DNA of 64,000 nt from an uncultured Planctomycetota bacterium. Its GTDB lineage: Bacteria > Planctomycetota > Planctomycetia > Isosphaerales > Isosphaeraceae. Below the pieces are notes generated by a model. That model did no database searches. It worked only from the letters and a program-made list of their open reading frames with translations, and was not told where the DNA came from. The number at the start of each line of letters is the position of its first letter. Position 1 is the stretch's first letter. Of the stretch, positions 30,123 to 38,466 are shown one piece after another. The stretch lies in NCBI GenBank assembly GCA_963737655.1, contig CAVTTN010000002.1, forward strand, positions 736,001-800,000. Direction: 5' to 3'. The position numbers and the translations under genes were made by a program.

Positions 30123-30803
30123 ATGAACCGCTCCAAACTCGGCCCGAATCGCCTGGTCCCGGGACCCCTGGTCCCGCTTACCTCGGGACCGGGGCGGCGG
30201 CTGGGCCGCAAGGTGTTGGTCCGAGGGGGGTTGGTGGCGGTCGTCCTGACGGCCGTGGTCCTGCTGCATCGCCCGGTGCTGGCGGGATTCGCCGGGCTGT
30301 TCCGGGTGGACGACCCGGCGCCGTCGGATGCCCTGGTCGTCCTTCTGGGCGGCCTGAGCCACCGACCGGCCCACGCCGCCGAGCTGTTCGCCCGAGGGAT
30401 CGCCCCGGTCGTCCTGATCGGCACGTCGGCCATCGAGGGGGCGTCGCGGAGGAACGAGACCGAGGAGTCGGTCCGGGAGCTCGTCCAGCTCGGCGTCCCG
30501 CGATCGGCGATCGTGGTCCTGCCCGGCACGGTCACCAGCACGAGGGACGAAGCCCGGAGGGTGGCCGACTACGCCGAGAGCCACGCCCTCCGCCGGATCA
30601 CCGTGGTCACGAGCGCCTTCCACACCGCGAGGGCCCGCTGGATCTTCCGCAAGATCTTGAAGGGCCAGGAGATCGACATCCGAATGGCCGCCGCCCCTCA
30701 TCCCGATTTCACCGAGGCGTCGTGGTACAAGACCGACGAAGGCATGGTCATGTACTTCACGGAAGCCTTCAAGACGCTCTACTATCGGCTGGTCTATTCG
30801 TAG
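30123..30803 (+). CDS. YdcF/ElyC/SanA (DUF218) family protein
   Basis: N-terminal TM, DALVVLLGG, LGVP..AI, STRDEA, VVTSAFHTARA. Confidence 0.9.
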   Translation: MNRSKLGPNRLVPGPLVPLTSGPGRRLGRKVLVRGGLVAVVLTAVVLLHRPVLAGFAGLFRVDDPAPSDALVVLLGGLSHRPAHAAELFARGIAPVVLIGTSAIEGASRRNETEESVRELVQLGVPRSAIVVLPGTVTSTRDEARRVADYAESHALRRITVVTSAFHTARARWIFRKILKGQEIDIRMAAAPHPDFTEASWYKTDEGMVMYFTEAFKTLYYRLVYS

Positions 30804-31752
30804 GACGGGCGTCGGCCGCCAGGGCGAGTGCCCCGTGGATCACGACCTCCTCGCCGAGCGTCGCGGTCACGACGTCATAAGTGCCGCGAAATGGCGGGAA
30901 GACCTTCTCCGCCAAAGCCTTGCGGATCGGGTCGAGCCAGAGGTCGTCGCGGATCAGCGAGACCCCTCCGCCGAGGATGATCCGCCGGGGGCTGAGCAAG
31001 GTCACGGCGTGGGCGAGGCCCTGGGCCATCGCCCGGACGGACCGCTGAAGGATCGCGTTGGCCTGGGAGTCGCCCAGTTCGGCGGCCTTCGCAACCACTT
31101 GCGCCGTGACCCTTTCGGGATCGGCCCCGCAAAGGCCCGTCATCAGGGTGGCTTCCCGCCCATCCCGGGCCCGTTCCACGATCCGCCGACCCTCCGAGGC
31201 GATCGCCCATCCCGAGGCCGCCTTTTCCAGGGTGAGGACGTCTCGGTCCATCGACTCCTCATCAACGATCCAGAGATGGCCAATCTCGATCGCGCCCACG
31301 CCCGATCCGCGATAAATCTGGCCGTCGATCACGAGCCCGCCGCCGATCCCGCTGCCGCTGTTGACGTAAAGGATCGGCGAGAGCCCGGCCCCGGCGCCGA
31401 ATCGGGCCTCGCCCAGGGCGGCGGTGTCGGCGTCGTTCTGGAGGACGACGTGCGGGACCTTCAGGACGTCTCGCGCCCACTGGACCAGGGGAAATCCGTC
31501 CCAACCGGCAATCTGGTTGGAGGTTGTGACGATCCCTCGATCGGCGTCCACCGGCCCGCCGAAGCCGATTCCGGCCGCGACGACCTGCCCTCGCCACGGG
31601 GCGAAGGCGTCGAGGATCTGGGTCCGGATGCCCTCGGCGCCCTTCGCGGGATCGACCGCGAGGCGGACGAGATCGGCGATCCGCCCATCGCCGGCCCCTC
31701 GGCCAAGCTGGAGTTTCGTGCCGCCGATCTCGATACCGAGGAGGTGGGCCAC
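30769..31752 (-). CDS. ROK family sugar kinase
   Basis: GIEIGGTK, GIGFGGPVD, QNDADTAALGE, GSGIGGG, EIGH, ILGGGV. Confidence 0.93.
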   Translation of the reverse strand: MAHLLGIEIGGTKLQLGRGAGDGRIADLVRLAVDPAKGAEGIRTQILDAFAPWRGQVVAAGIGFGGPVDADRGIVTTSNQIAGWDGFPLVQWARDVLKVPHVVLQNDADTAALGEARFGAGAGLSPILYVNSGSGIGGGLVIDGQIYRGSGVGAIEIGHLWIVDEESMDRDVLTLEKAASGWAIASEGRRIVERARDGREATLMTGLCGADPERVTAQVVAKAAELGDSQANAILQRSVRAMAQGLAHAVTLLSPRRIILGGGVSLIRDDLWLDPIRKALAEKVFPPFRGTYDVVTATLGEEVVIHGALALAADARPTNRPADSRAS

Positions 31753-31867
31753 CGCCGAATCTCCGTCTCAGACGCCCCTCGGGAACCGACCCGACTGACG
31801 CCCCTCCTCCCGCTTTTCGACGAGGGGAGAAGAAGGGGAACTCGTCCCGTCGTTCGGAGCGATTCGC

Positions 31868-32332
31868 GTGCGAAGGACCGTCGCCGTCGCCCTCCTGATC
31901 GGCCACCTGGCCGCGATCCTGGAGTTGACGCTCGTGATGTTCCCCGGCGACCACCCGCCGCCGAACCTCGTGCCGTTCCGGTCCATCCTCCACGACTGCC
32001 GGCTCGGCGGGCGCGACTTCCTCGTGAATTTCGCGGGGAACCTGGCGGTGTTCGTCCCCCTCGGGATCCTCCTGCCGATTGCCCGCAGGCGGCCGACCTC
32101 GGTCGGGATGATGGCGGCCCTGGCCGTCTCGCTGAGCGTGGGGATCGAGCTGGCGCAATTCCTGTCCGGTCGAAGAGTTGCGGACGTGGACGACGTGATC
32201 CTGAACGCGCTCGGGGCGGTCCTGGGATTCGGAATCCTCCGGCTCGGAATCCGCCAGGGATGGGGTCACCCGCAGCCCGTCCCGCTCAGGGCGAGGCCGG
32301 CCCGGAGATCCGTCGGAAGATGTCGTCAATGA
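31868..32332 (+). CDS. VanZ family membrane protein
   Basis: NLVPFRSI, GNLAVFVPLG, SVGIELAQ, RVADVDDVILNALG. Confidence 0.9.
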   Translation: MRRTVAVALLIGHLAAILELTLVMFPGDHPPPNLVPFRSILHDCRLGGRDFLVNFAGNLAVFVPLGILLPIARRRPTSVGMMAALAVSLSVGIELAQFLSGRRVADVDDVILNALGAVLGFGILRLGIRQGWGHPQPVPLRARPARRSVGRCRQ

Positions 32333-32876
32333 CCCAATGAAACACCACTTGATGGAGCGACTCGACGATCCCCATGTCGTCGATCCCCACGTGCAAGTTC
32401 TTGTGGGCCAACGGCTTGAGCTTTCCTCCGGAGAACCCGGTGATCCCCAGGGTGGTCATCCCGTTGGCGTTGGCCCACTCGACGGCCTTGAGGATGTTCG
32501 GGCTGTTGCCGGAGCCGGAGATGGCCAGGAGCACGTCGCCGGGGGTCGCCAGGTTCTTGAGCTGCTCGATGAAGATCCGGTCGTAATGCAGGTCGTTGGC
32601 CACGGCCATCAGCCACGGGGTATTGTCGGTCAGGCTGAGGACTCGGAGCCGCTTCTGGTTCTCGAAGTCGCGAAGCGTGCACTTGGCCAGGTCCTCGCAG
32701 AGGTGCGAGGCGTTGGCGCCCGAGCCGCCGTTGCCGATGATGAAGACCAGCTTGCCGGCGTGGTAAGCCTCTTCGATGAGGTCGCTGAACGCCTGGATCT
32801 GGGCGGGGTCCAGCTCCTGGATCTCCCGGCAAACGCGGTCGAGGTACTCTTGGACGCCCAGGGTCGCTCCCAGCAT
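32286..32876 (-). CDS. gmhA: SIS-domain phosphoheptose isomerase (GmhA-like)
   Basis: GNGGSGANASH, AVANDL.YD.IF..QL, AISGSGNSPNI, GFSGGKL, VESLH. Confidence 0.85.
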   Translation of the reverse strand: MLGATLGVQEYLDRVCREIQELDPAQIQAFSDLIEEAYHAGKLVFIIGNGGSGANASHLCEDLAKCTLRDFENQKRLRVLSLTDNTPWLMAVANDLHYDRIFIEQLKNLATPGDVLLAISGSGNSPNILKAVEWANANGMTTLGITGFSGGKLKPLAHKNLHVGIDDMGIVESLHQVVFHWVIDDIFRRISGPASP

Positions 32877-33016
32877 CAGACGGCCTCCGGTGACTCGGAA
32901 ATCCAGCGGGTCTCCGCCGTCGGGCGGCCCGAGACGATTGTATCGAGGGCGGATCGGCCTGAGAATAGGCCGCGGGACCCGCGTGGACCTGGGGCAACTC
33001 GGCGAGACTTCGAGCG

Positions 33017-35269
33017 ATGACGGCGGACGGCGCCCTGGGAATTGCCTGGACCCTGGCCTTCGCGGCCCTCCTCGGGACCTCCGCCCGGTGGGTGGCCGCC
33101 CGGGGGTTCGGCCTGGCTCGCGGCCTGCCCCGGATCGTCGGGTCGGCCGTGCTGGCCTGGGCCTGGGCCACGCTCGGCCTCCAGGTCCTGGGGGTGACCG
33201 GCCATCTCGACCGCCCCTGGCTGCTGCTCTGGGCCGGGGCCGGGCTGATCGGCTCGGCGGCCGTGCGATGGCTCCGCCCCGCGCCTCGGGACGAGGCCGG
33301 CGGCCCTCCCGACCCGCTGGACCTGCCGGCGACCCTGGGCCTGGCGATGATTTTCGTCGGGGTGGTCGTGATCGGGGCCGCGTCGTTCTTGCTCCCGCCC
33401 AAGATCGTCAGCGACGGGCCGATTTATCACCTGTTCTTCGCGGCGAAGTGGTGGAAGGCGGGCCGGGTCTTCCTGATCGCCTCGCCGTTCGGCGAGAACG
33501 CCGCCACCTATTTCCCCGCCAACGGCGACCTGGTCTTCGCCGGCCTGATGACCCTGTTCGGCAGCGACCGATTGGCCCGGATTGGACAGGCGCCGTTCCT
33601 CTTGCTGGCGGCCGTCGAGGCGTTCGCGATCGCCCGGAGGGTCGGCGCGGGGGTCTCGGCGAGCGTCCTGGGCGTCGGGTTCTTCGTGACGTGCCTCCCC
33701 TTGCTCCTGTTCTCGTTCGAGGCGAACGTCGATACGATCTTCGTCGCCGGCTACCTCGGCGCGGTCTATTTCGGACTTCGATACGCCCTGGATGGCCCCC
33801 GGATCGCCGACCTGATCCTCGCCGGGCTCGCCGCCGGAGCCGCATGGGGCACCAAGGCCACCGCCTCGGCGTTCGTCCCGCCGTTGCTGCTCGCGGGATC
33901 GGGCCTGATCCAGTTGAAGCCATTGGGGTTCTGGTCGAAGGTCGCCCACCTCGCGACGCTCGCCGCCTCGTCGCTGGCCCTCTGCGGATTCTGGTTCGGC
34001 CGGAGCCTCTGGCTGACGGGCAACCCGCTCTATCCGTTGCTGGTCCGAGGGATCTTGCCGGGTTGGTACGACTCCTCGGCCATGACCCTCAGCCAGTTCT
34101 ACCTGCCGGTGAACGACTGGCCGTCGCTGTACGCCGTCCTGTTCCAGGTCTTCGACCCGCGTCTTTTCCCGGTCTGGGTGCTCGCCGCGATCGGGACGTG
34201 GCGGATCGGGCAAACGGGTGAAGATCGGGGAATTGCGGGAATTCGGAACGACCGGGCCACCTGGGCACTTTCCGCCCTGGCGATCCTGAACCTCGCGAGC
34301 TACTGGCTGTTGATTCCGTATCGGACCCAGCAACGCTTCACGCTCCAGGCCCTCGGCTTGCTCGCGGCGCCTCTGGCGAGGCTTCTGGATCGGTCCGTGT
34401 GGTTCCGCTGGGTCGCCGCCCTCTTGCTGGCCGTCCATTTGATGACGGCCCAATCCTGGCCGTTCGCCCGTCCCGGAGAGCCGGGGCCGTTTTCCGTGTC
34501 GGAAAAGGTGCCGAGCGTCCCGGCGGCGCCGGTCCACCTGCCGGGCTCGCTCCGGGAGGTCCGGGCCATGGCCAACAGCCCCGGGGGGACGCCTTACCTG
34601 GCGATCCTGGGCGCGATCGGCCTCGGGTCGTTCGCGGCGGCGTTCGCCTGGATGTGGGCCTCGCGACGGCCGGGCCCGGTTCGGTATGGGATCGCCCTGC
34701 TGGCCTCGTTCGGGCTGTTCGCGGGGATCGCTCTGGCCGATGACCTGGCGTTCGGGATGAGCCGGCAAGCGTTCCCCAATTTCCCCGATTACGCCCGAGG
34801 CTGGACGGTCCTCGACCGCCTCTCGCCGCCGAAGGGGACCCGAGTGGCCTACGCCGGGACCAACTTGCCCTTCTACCTGATGGCCCGAAACCTTCGCAAT
34901 GACGTGTTTTACGTCAACATCGACGCTCATCCCGACTGGCTCCTCCACGACTACCACCGGACGGCCGCCGATCGCGGCGATCCGCCCGTCTGGGACACCC
35001 CCCGACCGGGCTGGGACCGCGTCCACCCCGATTATCCCGGCTGGCTGGCGAACCTCCGTCGGGACCGGATCGCGCTCCTCGTGACCACCCGAGCCAACCC
35101 GATCGACGGCCCGTTCAACATCGCCGACGCCGAGGGGTTCCCGATCGAACGGGTCTGGGCCGACGCCCACCCCGAATCGTTCGAGCTCCTCTACCCCCGA
35201 GAGTCCCCCGACCCGCTGTTCCGCCTCTATCGGGTCCGGCCCTCGGCGATTGAGACCCGGCCCCCCTGA
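33017..35269 (+). CDS. large polytopic membrane protein, GT-C (ArnT/PMT-like) glycosyltransferase-like
   Basis: More than 12 TM segments; DGPIYHL and YFPANG loop, NVD, WGTK, TGNPLYP, QRF; soluble C-terminal domain. Confidence 0.65.
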   Translation: MTADGALGIAWTLAFAALLGTSARWVAARGFGLARGLPRIVGSAVLAWAWATLGLQVLGVTGHLDRPWLLLWAGAGLIGSAAVRWLRPAPRDEAGGPPDPLDLPATLGLAMIFVGVVVIGAASFLLPPKIVSDGPIYHLFFAAKWWKAGRVFLIASPFGENAATYFPANGDLVFAGLMTLFGSDRLARIGQAPFLLLAAVEAFAIARRVGAGVSASVLGVGFFVTCLPLLLFSFEANVDTIFVAGYLGAVYFGLRYALDGPRIADLILAGLAAGAAWGTKATASAFVPPLLLAGSGLIQLKPLGFWSKVAHLATLAASSLALCGFWFGRSLWLTGNPLYPLLVRGILPGWYDSSAMTLSQFYLPVNDWPSLYAVLFQVFDPRLFPVWVLAAIGTWRIGQTGEDRGIAGIRNDRATWALSALAILNLASYWLLIPYRTQQRFTLQALGLLAAPLARLLDRSVWFRWVAALLLAVHLMTAQSWPFARPGEPGPFSVSEKVPSVPAAPVHLPGSLREVRAMANSPGGTPYLAILGAIGLGSFAAAFAWMWASRRPGPVRYGIALLASFGLFAGIALADDLAFGMSRQAFPNFPDYARGWTVLDRLSPPKGTRVAYAGTNLPFYLMARNLRNDVFYVNIDAHPDWLLHDYHRTAADRGDPPVWDTPRPGWDRVHPDYPGWLANLRRDRIALLVTTRANPIDGPFNIADAEGFPIERVWADAHPESFELLYPRESPDPLFRLYRVRPSAIETRPP

Positions 35270-35272
35270 GCA

Positions 35273-35328
35273 GTAGGGCAGGCCTTGGCCTGCCGATCCG
35301 CCCCTCGGCAGGCCGAGGCCTGCCCTAC
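35273..35328. repeat. GTAG-type REP doublet (REPIN-like)
   Basis: GTAGGGCAGGCCTTGGCCTGCCG-ATCCGCCCCT-CGGCAGGCCGAGGCCTGCCCTAC: two inverted GTAG+palindrome units. Confidence 0.85.
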
Positions 35329-35415
35329 GAACTTTTTTCCCGAATCCGCGACGGATCATCCCGCGAGCCGCCCCTAATAAGGGAGACACCCCGGCTTCTC
35401 CTCCAGGACCTTCCG

Positions 35416-37428
35416 ATGCGCTTGACCCTCCGCACCTTGCTGGCGTGGCTCGACGACACCTTACCACCGGCGGAGGTCCGCCAGATCGGCCAGCAGGTGG
35501 CGGAAACTCCTCTGGCGCAGGAGCTTGTGGACCGGATTCACAAGGTCACCCGGCAACGGAGGCTGACCGTCCCGCCCAACTCGGGGCCCGACGGGACCGA
35601 CCCGGCCGTCGTCGCCAGCTACCTCGACGACGAGCTTTCGCCCGACGAGGTCGTCGAGTTCGAGAAGCGGGCGCTGACGTCCGACGTCCATCTTGCCGAG
35701 GTGGCCAGCGTCCACCAGATCCTCAGCCTCCTGGGTCAGAAGGCGAAGGTCCCGGCCGAGGCGAAGTCGCGGATGTACCACCTGATCAAGGGTCGGGAGG
35801 CGGTGAACCCGGCGCCTCGGCCGGCGGCGGCGGCGAAGCCCCGAGCGGCCGAGCCGGTCACCCCGGCCATCCCGGCGTGGTCGCCGCCGATTCGGCCCGA
35901 GAAATCGGTCGTCGAGCGGTTCGGCCCGGCCGCGGCGGTGGTCGGGTTGATCGGATTGCTCTGCTGGTCCGCCTGGATGAGCCTCGGGCCGGCGAGCAAA
36001 CCGGCCGAAGAGGTGGCGGTCCTCGGCAATCCGAACCCCAAGCCGGACCAAAATCCGATCCCGCCGGCCCCGCCCATCCCCGAGCCGGCCGGCAACGGCG
36101 AGGCCGCACCGAACGACCAGGCCGCGACCCCTCCCGAGACCAAGGCCGAACCCGAGAAGGCCGAGGCCGAAAAGCCCGCCCCGCCCGAGCCCAAGCCCGG
36201 CGACATGGAGAAGCCCAAGGACGCCCCCGCCACCGACGAGACCGTCTCTCCGGCGCCTCCCTTGCCCGCCGGGACCGCCGGGGCCGTCGGCAAGATCGAC
36301 GGCGTCCTGCTCCGCTTCAACCCCGAGGGCAAGGCCTGGGACCGCCTGACCGAGAGCGCCGTCCTCCGCGCCGGAGACCGCCTGGTCAATCTGCCCCCGT
36401 ACCATTCGCCCCTGAAGCTGGGCCAGGCCGACGTGGTCCTGATCGGCGATAGCGAGCTGAAGGTCCTCGCCGCCGAGGCCCCCGAGTCCGCCCGGTTCGA
36501 ACTGACCCGGGGCAAGATGAGGATCGCCGGGGCCGCCTTGCCCGGCCCGATCGCCGCGATGATCGGCCGGGACCCGATCAAGCTCTCCATCCCGGCGGGG
36601 GCCGTGGCCGGGATCGAGCGGATCAACGAACGCACCCCCGGCGAGAAGCTGCCCAGCCCGCCGGGCCTCCGCATCTACTCGGCCGAGGGGACCGTGGGCG
36701 TCGAGGCCGGAGCGGCCAGCGAGACGGTCCCGGCCGGCTCCTCGTTGCTCGTTCACGCCCCCAACGAGGTCTCGGACAAGCTCGCGGCGGCGACGCCTCC
36801 GTGGCTGGCCGAGCCGGAGGCCTCGGCCGTCGATCGCGAGCGGGGCAAGGCGTTGGCCCGCTTCTTCAAGGCGGGATTGCCGCCGAAGATCGCCATGGTC
36901 GAGGCGTCTACCAACGAGAGGCCCGAGGTCAAGCGAGACGCCCTGACCTCGCTGGCCGCGATCGCCTCGGCCGACCCGCAATCGCTCGAATTGCTGATCG
37001 GCGCCCTGAACGCCAAGGACGACCCGACCTCCCGCAAGGCCGCCATCGCCGCCCTCCGAGAAATCGCCGCCTCCGACCCCGAATGGTCCAAGCGCCTCCG
37101 CCCCACCCTGGAGCAATTCAGCAGCAGCAAGGCCGCCGCCGACACCGTCGAACGGCTCCTGATCGGCTTCACCAACCACGAGGCCGCCGACGAGGCCAAC
37201 CAGAAGCAACTGGTGAAGGACTTGACTCATGAAGACGTCGGAATCCGCGAGCTGGCGATCGAGACCCTCATGAAGATCTCCCGGAGGGCCAATCGCCTGG
37301 ACTACGACCCCGACCAGTACAACGCCGCCAAGCCCCAGGACACCCCCGGCGTCAAGAACTGGCAAGACCTCCTCTCCCGCAAGGAACTCCGCGCCCCGGC
37401 CGCACCCAAGTCCAAGTCGGGCTCGTGA
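35416..37428 (+). CDS. single-pass membrane protein: anti-sigma-like N-terminus, Pro-rich linker, FecR-like region, HEAT-like C-terminus
   Basis: MRLTLRTLLAWLDDTL...ASYLDDELSPDEV..FE; TM AAVVGLIGLLCWSAWM; beta-rich VVLIGDSELKV..FELTRGKMRI..IYSAEGTVGV; helical repeats RKAAIAALR, IRELAIETL. Confidence 0.7.
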   Translation: MRLTLRTLLAWLDDTLPPAEVRQIGQQVAETPLAQELVDRIHKVTRQRRLTVPPNSGPDGTDPAVVASYLDDELSPDEVVEFEKRALTSDVHLAEVASVHQILSLLGQKAKVPAEAKSRMYHLIKGREAVNPAPRPAAAAKPRAAEPVTPAIPAWSPPIRPEKSVVERFGPAAAVVGLIGLLCWSAWMSLGPASKPAEEVAVLGNPNPKPDQNPIPPAPPIPEPAGNGEAAPNDQAATPPETKAEPEKAEAEKPAPPEPKPGDMEKPKDAPATDETVSPAPPLPAGTAGAVGKIDGVLLRFNPEGKAWDRLTESAVLRAGDRLVNLPPYHSPLKLGQADVVLIGDSELKVLAAEAPESARFELTRGKMRIAGAALPGPIAAMIGRDPIKLSIPAGAVAGIERINERTPGEKLPSPPGLRIYSAEGTVGVEAGAASETVPAGSSLLVHAPNEVSDKLAAATPPWLAEPEASAVDRERGKALARFFKAGLPPKIAMVEASTNERPEVKRDALTSLAAIASADPQSLELLIGALNAKDDPTSRKAAIAALREIAASDPEWSKRLRPTLEQFSSSKAAADTVERLLIGFTNHEAADEANQKQLVKDLTHEDVGIRELAIETLMKISRRANRLDYDPDQYNAAKPQDTPGVKNWQDLLSRKELRAPAAPKSKSGS

Positions 37429-37465
37429 AACCAGGGCGTTTCCACCTCTTTCCGGGAGCCGGGAC

Positions 37466-38242
37466 ATGAACGGAACCTACCGGGCGGCCCAGGCCCTCGC
37501 CGAACGGGCGGCCAGGGCCGCCGGGGCGATCCTGCTCGACGGCTTCGGCCGCGTGTCGGCGCGCGAGAAGGCCCCCGGCGACCTCATCACCGACGCCGAC
37601 ATCGCCAGCCAGCGCGCCATCGCCGCGATGGTGCTGGACGCCTTCCCCGATCACACCATCCTGGGCGAGGAGGAGGGCCTCGCGCCCGACCCGGCCAACC
37701 CCTGGAGGTGGATCGTCGATCCCCTGGACGGCACGATCAACTTCGCCCACGGTGTCCCCCTGTGGTGCGTCTCGATCGCCCTGGAACACGCCGGGGAGAT
37801 CGTCGCGGGCGTGGTGTTTCAACCGTTGATGGACGACCTGTTCAGCGCCTCGAAGGGTTCGGGAGCGACGCGCAACGGTCGACCGATGCGCGTGAGCGCG
37901 ACCGAACGCATCGAGGAGGCCCTGATCGTCTGCGGGATGCCCACGAATTTCGGCCCCGACGCCGACCACCAGCTCGCCATCTTCGGCCGATTCTCGACCG
38001 GGACCCACTCGGTCCGCCGGACGGGGAACTCGGCCTGGAACCTCGCGATGACGGCCTTCGGAGGCTTCGACGTCTGCTACGCCACCTCGATCTTCCCGTG
38101 GGACGCCGCCGCCGGTGTGATCCTGATCCGGGAGGCCGGCGGCACCATCACCGCCCCGGATGGCTCGCCCCACGATTTGTACAAGAATTCGATCCTGGCG
38201 ACGAATGGACGCATCCACGCGTCGGCGGTTGCGAGATTTTGA
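37466..38242 (+). CDS. suhB: inositol monophosphatase family protein (SuhB-like)
   Basis: DLITDAD, GEE, WIVDPLDGTINFAHG, PWDAAAG. Confidence 0.9.
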   Translation: MNGTYRAAQALAERAARAAGAILLDGFGRVSAREKAPGDLITDADIASQRAIAAMVLDAFPDHTILGEEEGLAPDPANPWRWIVDPLDGTINFAHGVPLWCVSIALEHAGEIVAGVVFQPLMDDLFSASKGSGATRNGRPMRVSATERIEEALIVCGMPTNFGPDADHQLAIFGRFSTGTHSVRRTGNSAWNLAMTAFGGFDVCYATSIFPWDAAAGVILIREAGGTITAPDGSPHDLYKNSILATNGRIHASAVARF

Positions 38243-38293
38243 CGGGGATGGATCGAGGATCGAAGAGGGAGGAGAAGACCGTTCCTCGGCTCC

Positions 38294-38431
38294 GGAGAGG
38301 CCCCCGGGCGCTTCACCACGAAGTCACAAAGGGCACGAAGGAAGACACAAAAACGTTGCTGAATCCAGTCTTCTTTGTGTCTTCCTTCGTGCCCTTTGTG
38401 ACTTCGTGGTGAAGTGCCCGGGGGCCTCTCC
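38294..38431. repeat. near-perfect 58-bp inverted repeat with 9-nt internal periodicity
   Basis: Arms 38294-38351 and 38374-38431 differ at one position; core CACCACGAAGTCACAAAGGGCACGAAGGAAGACACAAA; 22-nt loop; lies between convergent genes. Confidence 0.95.
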
Positions 38432-38466
38432 AGGGATTCCATCGTTCGCCCTGGTCCTCTCCAAAG

